A stretch of DNA of 64,000 bases, from the NCBI GenBank assembly GCA_963735035.1, contig CAVTJJ010000004.1:1152001-1216000 (forward strand), given 5' to 3'. A program made the position numbers and the translations under genes. The DNA comes from an uncultured candidate division Zixibacteria bacterium (GTDB lineage Bacteria; Zixibacteria; MSB-5A5; GN15; FEB-12). Positions 41,090 to 49,039 of the stretch are shown piece after piece. The number at the start of each line of letters is the position of its first letter. The first letter of the stretch is position 1. Below the pieces are notes generated by a model. That model had not been told where the DNA came from. It did no database searches and saw nothing but the letters and a program-made list of their open reading frames with translations.

Positions 41090-41857
41090 TTATTTCAAGT
41101 CCTTAAGGCGCTGGGTCGCCTGTTCGGCTTCCAGCGTGCCGGGGTACTCTTTCACCAATCTCTGGAACAGCTCTTTGGCTTCCGGGTTCTTGCCCAATTC
41201 CTGTTTGCAGCGGCCCAGTTTGTAGATGGCCCGCCCCAGGTTGGGTGAGTTCGGGAAGTTCTTTAGCAACTGCTCGTACTCGGTGATGGCTTCAGAGTAC
41301 TTCTCCTGCAGGTAGAAGCACTCGCCGATCCAGTAATAGGCGTTCTGAGCATCGGCGTGCGACGCACAGTCGGACAGGAATTTACGGAAGCCCGTGATGG
41401 CGCTCTCGTACTCACCTCGCCGCACCTGTGTGAACGCGGCATCGTAGGTGTTGATGCAGTCAACCGACGTCTGCGCGCCCGCGGGAGGCTGGCCGCCTGC
41501 AGAGGGCTGAGCCCCCGGTGATGAGGCCGGCATTGGACGGGTAGGCTGTTGTGACAGCCGGTCAATCCGCGAGATCAGGTCGTTGTAATTCTCCAACAAC
41601 TGCGAGAGTTGCTGGGCGATAGCATCGGTGGACAAGCGGACGTCGTTCTTGAGCTGCGTGTTGGACTCGGTCGTGGTGGCCAGAGAAGAGTCCATCCGGG
41701 CCATCATGTCACGCGTCTCCCGGGTTTGTGACTCGACCATCGCCAGCCGATTGTTGATCGCGTCCACGTCACGTTTCGTGGCGCAGCCGCCGATCAGCCC
41801 GATCAATATGACCACCGTCGCTACCACGGCGGTCATCGTCTTTATTTCGCGTTTCAT
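41090..41857 (-). CDS. cpoB: Tol-Pal TPR lipoprotein CpoB/YbgF
   Basis: Lipobox IGGC, coiled coil, TPRs (NAYYWIGECFY); directly after pal. Confidence 0.9.
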   Translation of the reverse strand: MKREIKTMTAVVATVVILIGLIGGCATKRDVDAINNRLAMVESQTRETRDMMARMDSSLATTTESNTQLKNDVRLSTDAIAQQLSQLLENYNDLISRIDRLSQQPTRPMPASSPGAQPSAGGQPPAGAQTSVDCINTYDAAFTQVRRGEYESAITGFRKFLSDCASHADAQNAYYWIGECFYLQEKYSEAITEYEQLLKNFPNSPNLGRAIYKLGRCKQELGKNPEAKELFQRLVKEYPGTLEAEQATQRLKDLK

Positions 41858-41880
41858 GATAAGCCTGATTTCCCGAACGG

Positions 41881-42390
41881 TTACTGAGAAACTACTTTGA
41901 ACTCAGCCCGACGGTTCTTCGCCCAGGCCGCTTCGTTGTGAGCCGGGTCGACCGGTCGCTCTTTGCCGTACGAAATAACTGACATACGAGCCGGAGCGAC
42001 ACCGCGTCCAACAAGGTAGTTCTCCACGGCCTTGGCGCGTTTCTCACCGAGCGACAGGTTGTATTCAACCGTGCCGCGCTCGTCGCAGTGACCCTCGATC
42101 TTCACGATCGCATTCGGGAATTCCTGCAACAGCGCGAAGTTGGCGTCGAGGGCCGCTTTGCCGTCGGCGCGGAGGTCATACTTGTCGAAATCGAAGTAGA
42201 CCGTTTGGAACTGGGTTTCCTGAAGAGTCGGCTTCGGCGCGGGCGGCTCGGGTGGTTTGGTCGGCGGCGGCGTGACTGGCGTGGTATCAACAGTTGTCGA
42301 TGGCGGTGGCGGTGGTGGCGGCGGAGTCGGGCAACCGGCGATGGCGAGCGCTACGGCACCGAGTAGTAGGAGCAGAAGTGCGTTTTTCAT
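41881..42390 (-). CDS. pal: Peptidoglycan-associated lipoprotein
   Basis: IAGC lipobox, VYFDFDK, IEGHCDERG, SYGKERP, KNRRAE. Confidence 0.97.
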   Translation of the reverse strand: MKNALLLLLLGAVALAIAGCPTPPPPPPPPSTTVDTTPVTPPPTKPPEPPAPKPTLQETQFQTVYFDFDKYDLRADGKAALDANFALLQEFPNAIVKIEGHCDERGTVEYNLSLGEKRAKAVENYLVGRGVAPARMSVISYGKERPVDPAHNEAAWAKNRRAEFKVVSQ

Positions 42391-42611
42391 AATTGTTCTA
42401 TTCCTCCCTGAAGGGATTGTTACACGTTATTTCCATAGTCATATCTAAGAATCTATCACTCGTCCAATAGGGCGGTCAATAAAAAAAGGCTGTTTTTCGG
42501 GCTTCAGCGCCCCGACCGAACCATAAAAAGACGGTTCTAAGCGGAGGGCGTTCATCTCGTTATACACGCCGGGGCGTTGTTGAGGCGAATTGTGGGCTCG
42601 TCGAAGATTGT

Positions 42612-43048
42612 CCGGCGGGGTTGGAACCCTGCCGATTGGTTTATGTGAACGAAGCGGAGCTTCGTCATTCCTGCGGAGGCAGGAACCCAGACAAGACGGC
42701 TACCGGGATACAGTGGTTGCGTCAGGTCCTGCTCCCGACAAAATCGGGGGGCGTGCCGAGTCCGCCAGCGGCGGACGAGGTGAGACCTGACGCGCATCCT
42801 CCATGTTCGGCCAACGTGTCAGTTCACACCCCGCCCCCGCCGTGGGCGGGGCCGGGGCAGGAACTGACACAACCGTTGCTTGTGATTGCCGAAGACCGTC
42901 CGGCAGGGCTGGAACACTGCCGATTAGATTAACGATGGGTGCCCCGCCTGAAGCGGGGCAAGACAGAGTGGAATGGGTGGCCCGCTTGAGGCGAGACTAG
43001 GCAGAGAACTTTCGTCGCTCTGTCAGGCGTCAAGTCCGCCTGACCTAC
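42612..43048. repeat. Mosaic REP-like cluster interrupting tolB-pal
   Basis: CCGGCRGGGYTGGAAC.CTGCCGATT x2, CGTCATTCCTGCGGAGGCAGGAACCCAG, inverted pair 42716-42793 / 42816-42873, and a GTAG hairpin overlapping the tolB stop. Confidence 0.8.
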
Positions 43049-44352
43049 GGGATGGGGCCCCAGGTTGGATTGGAGCAGTTGCCGCTGTGGGTGATCCGTC
43101 TCTCGTTTTCGCCGGACAGGTCCATCACGTAGATATCCGCCTCGCTCAGGCGCGACGAGCAAAAGATCACATGCTTGCCGTCGGGGGCGAAGTGCGGATT
43201 CTCGTTCTGGCCAACTTCGGTCAGTTCCCGATAGTCCGTCCCCGATGTGTCTATCGATACCAGATTGAAAAGACCCAGTTTGGTGCGGCTCACGAGTGTG
43301 ATCCGGTCACCTCGTTGTGACCAGATCGGCGAGTCGTTGTATTTGCCTTCATAGGTCAAACGTCGCACTCCCAGGCCGTCGGAATCCATCAAGTAGATCT
43401 GTGGGGCGCCGGTGCGGTCCGATGAAAACGCCAGCATGCGACCGTCCGGCGACCAGGTCGGGGCGGACTCGATCGAATTGCCGGTAGTAAGCCGCTTGAT
43501 CACCCGCCCGTTGAGATCGATCACGTAGATTTCCGAGTTGCCGTCCTTGGACAGTACACACGCGATCTTCATGCCGTCGGGCGAGACAGCCGGGGCGGCG
43601 GCGATGCCGGGAAAGTTGGTTATTTTCTTCACCAGCCCGGATTCGACCACTACGCTGTAGATCTGCGGGTCGCCGTCGCGGAAACTAGTGAAATAGATCG
43701 TTTTCCCATCCGGGCTGAAAACCGGGGAGATGCAGATACTGCCGGTCTTGGTGACCTGACGTTCATTGACCCCGTCGAAATCGGAAATGAAAACTTCCTT
43801 GGCCTTACCCACTTTCTTCATGTAGGCGATTTTGGTGCGGAAGATGCCCCGGTCGCCGGTCAGATTATAAACAACCTCGTTGGCGATATCATGCGCCAGC
43901 TCTCGCCAGTACTGACGGCTGTACTCAAGCGTGCCGCGCGCCACCTGGGTCTGGTTGTTGGTGAAGAATACCCGCCAGTAAATCCTCATGTTGGGACCTG
44001 GGAATTCCGTCTCCAGCTTGACCACATAGTCGGCTCCCAGCGCTTTCCATCCGAGAAGGTCAACTTCTTTGATCTCATAAGTGCGCAAGTAGAAAGTATC
44101 GAGCTGAACGAGCTTGAAGTCGGCGTAGAAGTCGATGTCGTTCTGCACGACCGTGGTGACATAACGCATCAGCGCGGAATCTTCGGAGGCGATATAGCTG
44201 GTTCCGATGTATCGTGCGGCATCGACCCCTATCTCGGTGGCTTGGAATCTGCCTTTGATTGTGTCGATACGGACGTCGCGCACACCCTGGGCGAGGGCAC
44301 ACAGGGGAAGAAAGACCAGGGCGAGGACGGCTGCTATGCGAAATAATTTCAT
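43045..44352 (-). CDS. tolB: Tol-Pal beta-propeller protein TolB
   Basis: GIFRTKIAY; PD40 repeats (FSPDG, VSPDG, WSPDG). Confidence 0.95.
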   Translation of the reverse strand: MKLFRIAAVLALVFLPLCALAQGVRDVRIDTIKGRFQATEIGVDAARYIGTSYIASEDSALMRYVTTVVQNDIDFYADFKLVQLDTFYLRTYEIKEVDLLGWKALGADYVVKLETEFPGPNMRIYWRVFFTNNQTQVARGTLEYSRQYWRELAHDIANEVVYNLTGDRGIFRTKIAYMKKVGKAKEVFISDFDGVNERQVTKTGSICISPVFSPDGKTIYFTSFRDGDPQIYSVVVESGLVKKITNFPGIAAAPAVSPDGMKIACVLSKDGNSEIYVIDLNGRVIKRLTTGNSIESAPTWSPDGRMLAFSSDRTGAPQIYLMDSDGLGVRRLTYEGKYNDSPIWSQRGDRITLVSRTKLGLFNLVSIDTSGTDYRELTEVGQNENPHFAPDGKHVIFCSSRLSEADIYVMDLSGENERRITHSGNCSNPTWGPIP

Positions 44353-44368
44353 GGGTTAGGCTCTGAGA

Positions 44369-45070
44369 TCAATTGGTGAAGGTGACATATATCCCTATGA
44401 TTTCATCCACGAATTCACGGGGTAGGGGAGGAAACGGAGCTGACCGTTCGATGGCCGTCAGGCAGGCCTGATCGAATTGAGGAATGCCTGACGATGTTAC
44501 TACTTTCTGCTCGATAACACGACCGGACTTGATCACTTGAAAATAGACGTCGCACGAGACGGCACCGTCGATCACGACGGGTATGCGGAAATTCTGACAG
44601 AGTTTGTTAAAGGCCAGTGTAAACCAGTACGGGTAATTGAACGAGGCGTTGTCAACCCCCATGCCGGAAACACTGGAACCACTGGGCGCATCGACATCTA
44701 TCTTACCTTCAGGAGTTCCGGGTTGATTCTGATCGCCGGTTTCGGTGGCGTCGGTAGTTGGTTTGGCCTTGGGCTTCTCAGCCTGTTTCTTCGGCTTGTC
44801 CACCGGTTTGACATTCTTGGCCGGCTTGGTGGACGGGGCCTCGATGGGGACATCTTTCGGCTGGGCCTTGACTGTCTTGGGAGGTTCCGGTTCCGGCACA
44901 GGTTCAGCCGGTTTAATCTTGGCTCCGGGGAGATCACCCGCGCTGATCATTCCCACCCGGATGACATCAGTGAAATCGTGCGGTTTCTTGATATTCAACG
45001 GCGAGGCGTACACGGTCACGAAGATGATTACCGCGTGCAGGATAAGTGAAGCTGTAAGATCGCGCCCCAT
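44369..45070 (-). CDS. tolA: TolA/TonB-family energy transducer
   Basis: TM with SLILH motif, Pro/Lys-rich linker, SSGIPQFD...PFPPLP. Confidence 0.85.
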   Translation of the reverse strand: MGRDLTASLILHAVIIFVTVYASPLNIKKPHDFTDVIRVGMISAGDLPGAKIKPAEPVPEPEPPKTVKAQPKDVPIEAPSTKPAKNVKPVDKPKKQAEKPKAKPTTDATETGDQNQPGTPEGKIDVDAPSGSSVSGMGVDNASFNYPYWFTLAFNKLCQNFRIPVVIDGAVSCDVYFQVIKSGRVIEQKVVTSSGIPQFDQACLTAIERSAPFPPLPREFVDEIIGIYVTFTN

Positions 45071-45076
45071 GGGAAT

Positions 45077-45514
45077 CTATCTCCGCGGGCGGCCCGTAGC
45101 GGCTTTCTCTTCGTAGGCGGTGACTAGGCCGATGTTTTCAATTCCGGCCGCTTTGATCTTGCCGATCAGATTGATGGCGTTGCCGTAGGCTATCGTGGAA
45201 TCGCCGCGCAGATAGACCGAGGTGGTGCCTTTGACTTCCATCTCATGCTTCAGTTTAGCGACGAATTCATTCGGATTAGAGAAGACGTCGTTGATGTAAA
45301 TCCCGCCCTTCTTGTCGATCGTGACCACCACACCGGTGACTTCGTCCTGAAGAATAGCAGCCCGTGTCTTGGGCAGATCGACTTCGATTCCCGATTGCAG
45401 AAGAGGCGCCGAGATCATAAAGATAATCAACAGTACCAGCACTACGTCCACCAGGTTGGTGATATTGATATCAGCCACGGTGTGGTAGTCGCGGGTGTGA
45501 GGGCGACGGGTCAT
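45077..45514 (-). CDS. tolR: TolR/ExbD
   Basis: INITNLVDVVLVLLIIFMI, VDLP, LRGD. Confidence 0.92.
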   Translation of the reverse strand: MTRRPHTRDYHTVADINITNLVDVVLVLLIIFMISAPLLQSGIEVDLPKTRAAILQDEVTGVVVTIDKKGGIYINDVFSNPNEFVAKLKHEMEVKGTTSVYLRGDSTIAYGNAINLIGKIKAAGIENIGLVTAYEEKAATGRPRR

Positions 45515-45515
45515 G

Positions 45516-46232
45516 TTACATCGCTTCCTTGCGGGCGCGGGAGAGGAACTCCAGTATGAAGCTTAGTGCTTCGTTGTGCGCGACCTTGGTGTGGTTGTTC
45601 GCCCAGTTGTAAGCAATCACGGCCGGAATAGCGGCCCCGAGGCCAACGATAGTAGCCAGAAGCGCCTCGGCGATACCGGGGGCCACAATCGCCAGCGACG
45701 CCGAGCCGCGCTCGCCGATAGCCCAGAACGAATCCATGATGCCGACAATCGTGCCGAGCAGGCCCAGGAAAGGCGCCGCGCTAGTGGTGGTCGCCAGATA
45801 GATCACCTGGCGTTCCTGTTTGGCCATCTCTTCGTTGAGACTGCGCTCCATCGACATTTCGACCAGATCGAAATCCTCGGTGCAGAGCGGGACAGGGCTG
45901 CCCGCCAGACCGCTGATTTCGTTCCGCTTCTGCTTCAGAATCGCAATTTCCTTGGAGCCCGCCTTGTAGATGCTGGCTACCGGGGCCTGTTTGTACATCT
46001 GCGCCTGACCGGCGGCGTCGTCGAGCTTTTGGGCCCGGTGGAAGAAGGTCATGAAACTGTGGCTGTCCTGCTTGACCGCCCGGAACTGACGAATCTTGCG
46101 AAAGATGACCATCCAGGAGATCAGCGACATAGTCACGAGGATGACCATGATCACCGCTCCAAATGTTGACAGGCTCTGAACTATCTGCCAGAGTGATCCG
46201 TTGGCGATTAAGACGGGCAATCCATTGTCCAT
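45516..46232 (-). CDS. tolQ: TolQ/ExbB
   Basis: APFLGLLGTIVGIM, VAPGIAEALLAT...AIPAVIAYN. Confidence 0.93.
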   Translation of the reverse strand: MDNGLPVLIANGSLWQIVQSLSTFGAVIMVILVTMSLISWMVIFRKIRQFRAVKQDSHSFMTFFHRAQKLDDAAGQAQMYKQAPVASIYKAGSKEIAILKQKRNEISGLAGSPVPLCTEDFDLVEMSMERSLNEEMAKQERQVIYLATTTSAAPFLGLLGTIVGIMDSFWAIGERGSASLAIVAPGIAEALLATIVGLGAAIPAVIAYNWANNHTKVAHNEALSFILEFLSRARKEAM

Positions 46233-46373
46233 ATTTCTTGTACAGCCTCTTCGGGGTTTGGTTTAACTGCCGTACCCCGGCAGCGGGAAAATAGTTCCAT
46301 TCAAGCCTAATAACCTACCCCTGAAAGGCAAAAACAATCAACAAAAACCGGGATTTGGGTATTTGCGTCGAGT

Positions 46374-46583
46374 TTGTGCGTGGCGTACCTCCCGGTGCGC
46401 CACGTGGTCTCGTGGTAAGTCCGTCTTTGAACCTGCCACTGAAATGTTGTGTCAGGTCCTGTCCCCGGCCCACCGGAGGTGGGGTGGGGATGTGACCTGA
46501 CACGGCAACTCACTCGCAAGCGGGCGTCAGGTCACACCTCCTCGCTCGCCTGCGGCGAACGAGGAGGCAGGACCCGACGCAAC
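46374..46583. repeat. REP-like cluster
   Basis: 32-bp unit 46374-46405 (identical copy at 46952-46983) and inverted pair 46446-46503 / 46524-46583. Confidence 0.8.
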
Positions 46584-46710
46584 CTGGTACGGCAGCTTTT
46601 CAACAAGTCAAACGCATTCGGCTTCCTGTCCCCGCCTCCGCTTTTATGTTGACGCTCATCACCGGCCGGGACACTCTTTGCAATGTAGGGCTATAGGGAA
46701 GAATAGGTAT

Positions 46711-46926
46711 ATGTCGAGGATTTTTCTGATTCTGGTTTGCGCTTTGGCAATTGCCGTGGCGATGCCGGGTTGCAGCAAGAAGAAAGATCAGCCCCGCCCC
46801 GGAGCAGCCGGTCAGGCGGAAGAAGTCGCTGATTCGACCCGTCTCGATTCGGCCGTAACCAGGGATAGTAGCGAGCCGCCGTTACAGGACAGTATCGCCC
46901 CACGAACGCGGCGTGGGTATCGTTGA
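46711..46926 (+). CDS. Small putative lipoprotein
   Basis: MSRIFLILVCALAIAVAMPG-C signal followed by a low-complexity tail. Confidence 0.6.
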   Translation: MSRIFLILVCALAIAVAMPGCSKKKDQPRPGAAGQAEEVADSTRLDSAVTRDSSEPPLQDSIAPRTRRGYR

Positions 46927-46951
46927 TTGCCTCGATTCGGAGGTAGAAGAC

Positions 46952-47053
46952 TTGTGCGTGGCGTACCTCCCGGTGCGCCACGTTTCTTGTTGGCGGGCCA
47001 ACCACGGAATTGTTGGTGCACGAACCCGGCAGATGTGGACATCTGCCGGGCAC
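46952..47053. repeat. REP-like units
   Basis: 32-bp unit 46952-46983; CGGCAGATGTGGACATCTGCCGGGCAC 47027-47053. Confidence 0.75.
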
Positions 47054-47066
47054 AAGATCAAATAGT

Positions 47067-47098
47067 AAAGGGCTCTCGGCGTTAGCCGGGAGCCCTTT
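47067..47098. terminator. Bidirectional terminator
   Basis: AAAGGGCTCTCGGC-GTTA-GCCGGGAGCCCTTT between convergent genes. Confidence 0.8.
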
Positions 47099-47119
47099 GA
47101 TCATATGCGGAAGTACGGC

Positions 47120-48241
47120 TTAGCCTTCGATCATCTCGACATTGGCGCGTGGAACGATCGCTTCGGTGTTGTCATCGAACCTGACACCAAGAATACGAGC
47201 CTTCGACTCCGATTCCAGCTTCTGTAGCGGCGACGGGAGATCGGTGACCGTGCCCAAACGACCGAAGTGAGGGTGACGGATCACGCGGATCGGCGAACCG
47301 ATAACCAGTCCGCCCGGTTCCTGTTCGAGAGCATCCGGGGTAATGGCCACACCCGGGGTCGGGATGACCAGTTCCGGTCGAATAACGCCGGCGCGAATCT
47401 GAGTGGCGCCGTTGATGCAGGCCATCTCGCCTTCATGTCGTTTCAAGAGCTCAAACGTCTTGGCGGCCATGTTGATTTGGCCAAAACCTTCGGTGACTAC
47501 CAGCGTGGTCGCGGTGTCTTCGGAGCCGGTAATAGCAACGCCAATGTCATAGCCGAGAAAATCGCGCAGGTCCTTGTCGTCAAATCCGCCGACCACAATG
47601 CCTCGCACGTTGAGCTTGATTGCCTTGCGCAGGGCGCCCGCGGTAACCAGCGATCCGCCGACAATGACTTTACCGGTCATCGATTCGAGCACGAGGTTTT
47701 CGTCCAGAACGACCGTCGGGTCTTTGACTGCGATCTGTATCGGACCGTTCTTTTCGCCGCCGATGCCAAAAATCCCCTGCACGAAACTGGCCATGCACTG
47801 GACTTCGACCCCTTCGGACGGATACACCTGGGTGACCTCGCCCTTCAGATATGCTTTCACCTCGACCGGACTCGGCGCTCCGCGCTGCAGGACCTGGCCT
47901 GTAATCGAAGATATCGATTCGATCGTACCGTCGATAGTAGCGTTGCACTGGTTCTTGAAGATGAAAAGAGTCTTGGAAACCGCCATCAACTCGCCGGCCT
48001 TGATTCGGTCGCCCACTTTCTTGAGCATCACCATTTCGATGTCTTCCGGCGGAATGCCCAGCTTGTTGGCGACGTTTATCGGGACAACACTACCCGGCAG
48101 TTCGGTGCGGGCTACGACATCGTCGGGGTTGACTTGGTCGCCGACTTTTCGAAGGACGTTTCCCTTCAGTGGCAGTATTCTATGTTTTTTGACCAGGAGC
48201 TTTTCTTTGACTTTGAGACCCGGTGTATATGCGTGACCCAT
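47120..48241 (-). CDS. Hypothetical cytoplasmic protein with two barrel-sandwich-hybrid-like motifs and a C-terminal KOW/SH3-like domain
   Basis: KVGDQVNPDDVVA and KKVGDRIKAGELMA; central alpha/beta part VRGIVVGG; C-terminal IGSPIRVIRHPHFGRLGTV. Confidence 0.8.
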   Translation of the reverse strand: MGHAYTPGLKVKEKLLVKKHRILPLKGNVLRKVGDQVNPDDVVARTELPGSVVPINVANKLGIPPEDIEMVMLKKVGDRIKAGELMAVSKTLFIFKNQCNATIDGTIESISSITGQVLQRGAPSPVEVKAYLKGEVTQVYPSEGVEVQCMASFVQGIFGIGGEKNGPIQIAVKDPTVVLDENLVLESMTGKVIVGGSLVTAGALRKAIKLNVRGIVVGGFDDKDLRDFLGYDIGVAITGSEDTATTLVVTEGFGQINMAAKTFELLKRHEGEMACINGATQIRAGVIRPELVIPTPGVAITPDALEQEPGGLVIGSPIRVIRHPHFGRLGTVTDLPSPLQKLESESKARILGVRFDDNTEAIVPRANVEMIEG

Positions 48242-48244
48242 GGT

Positions 48245-49027
48245 TTAACCCTTTTGCGTGTTCGAGCTGTTAGCCTGTTGTCTCTTCTTCCTCAAGCGTA
48301 CTATCAAGACGAGGAGTATGATGAAGAGGGGCGTTCCGAATATGAGCGGATAGTTGAGGGAGCCTTCGGGCTTCTTTTCAATGTCTGCGACCTTTACCGG
48401 TTCGGCCGTGGTCGCATTCGGAAGCGGCTCGGTTGAGACCGACATAATCATCTCACGGTACAACGGAAGATTAGCTGCATACTTGAATGTGGGTGAATAA
48501 AAATAGAAGTTGGCGATACCCTGCTCGTAGAACGTCATGACCAGAAGATTGATCTTGGTTCCGGAACTGTCGCCGGGGACCTCTGATTCTACCGAAGCAC
48601 GCTTGCCCGCCCGGTCGAAGACGACCGAATCCTTGCAGTATGACCTCAGAAAGACATCGGAGGTGACTTCCTTGATGGGGCGCTTGAATTCCGTAGACAA
48701 GCTGCCGATGACCGAATCGATCTGGTGGGGGGCAAGATTGCCGACCGTATCGACTGTGAGGATGAGGTACTGATCCTCGAAAAGGACCATCGCATTCTTC
48801 TCACAGAAGACGGCCTCGAATTCGACTTTCTGGGCCGTATCGCCGCGTGACAGATAGAACTGGGCGGTGGTGTAATCGAGTTGAGTCCAGGTGTCGGGAT
48901 AAGTAAAATGAAACCGGCCGTTGTAGCTGACAAAAGTCTCGGCCGAGGCCGACACCGTCGCCAGGCACAGCGACAACACTACCAGACTCAGCATCAGTCC
49001 CAACCGTGTTAATCTGATCGAATACAT
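48245..49027 (-). CDS. Hypothetical exported protein with C-terminal TM anchor
   Basis: Signal peptide (ASA/ET), FHFTYPDTW, C-terminal TM followed by RLRKKR. Confidence 0.8.
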   Translation of the reverse strand: MYSIRLTRLGLMLSLVVLSLCLATVSASAETFVSYNGRFHFTYPDTWTQLDYTTAQFYLSRGDTAQKVEFEAVFCEKNAMVLFEDQYLILTVDTVGNLAPHQIDSVIGSLSTEFKRPIKEVTSDVFLRSYCKDSVVFDRAGKRASVESEVPGDSSGTKINLLVMTFYEQGIANFYFYSPTFKYAANLPLYREMIMSVSTEPLPNATTAEPVKVADIEKKPEGSLNYPLIFGTPLFIILLVLIVRLRKKRQQANSSNTQKG

Positions 49028-49039
49028 TTAGGTCACTCC

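Noticed and set aside
47267..48436. Long antisense ORFs (also 9680-10654, 27701-28648, 33267-34064, 58632-59477, 8429-9280)
   Set aside because: Shadow frames of well-supported genes in GC-rich DNA with no recognisable motifs
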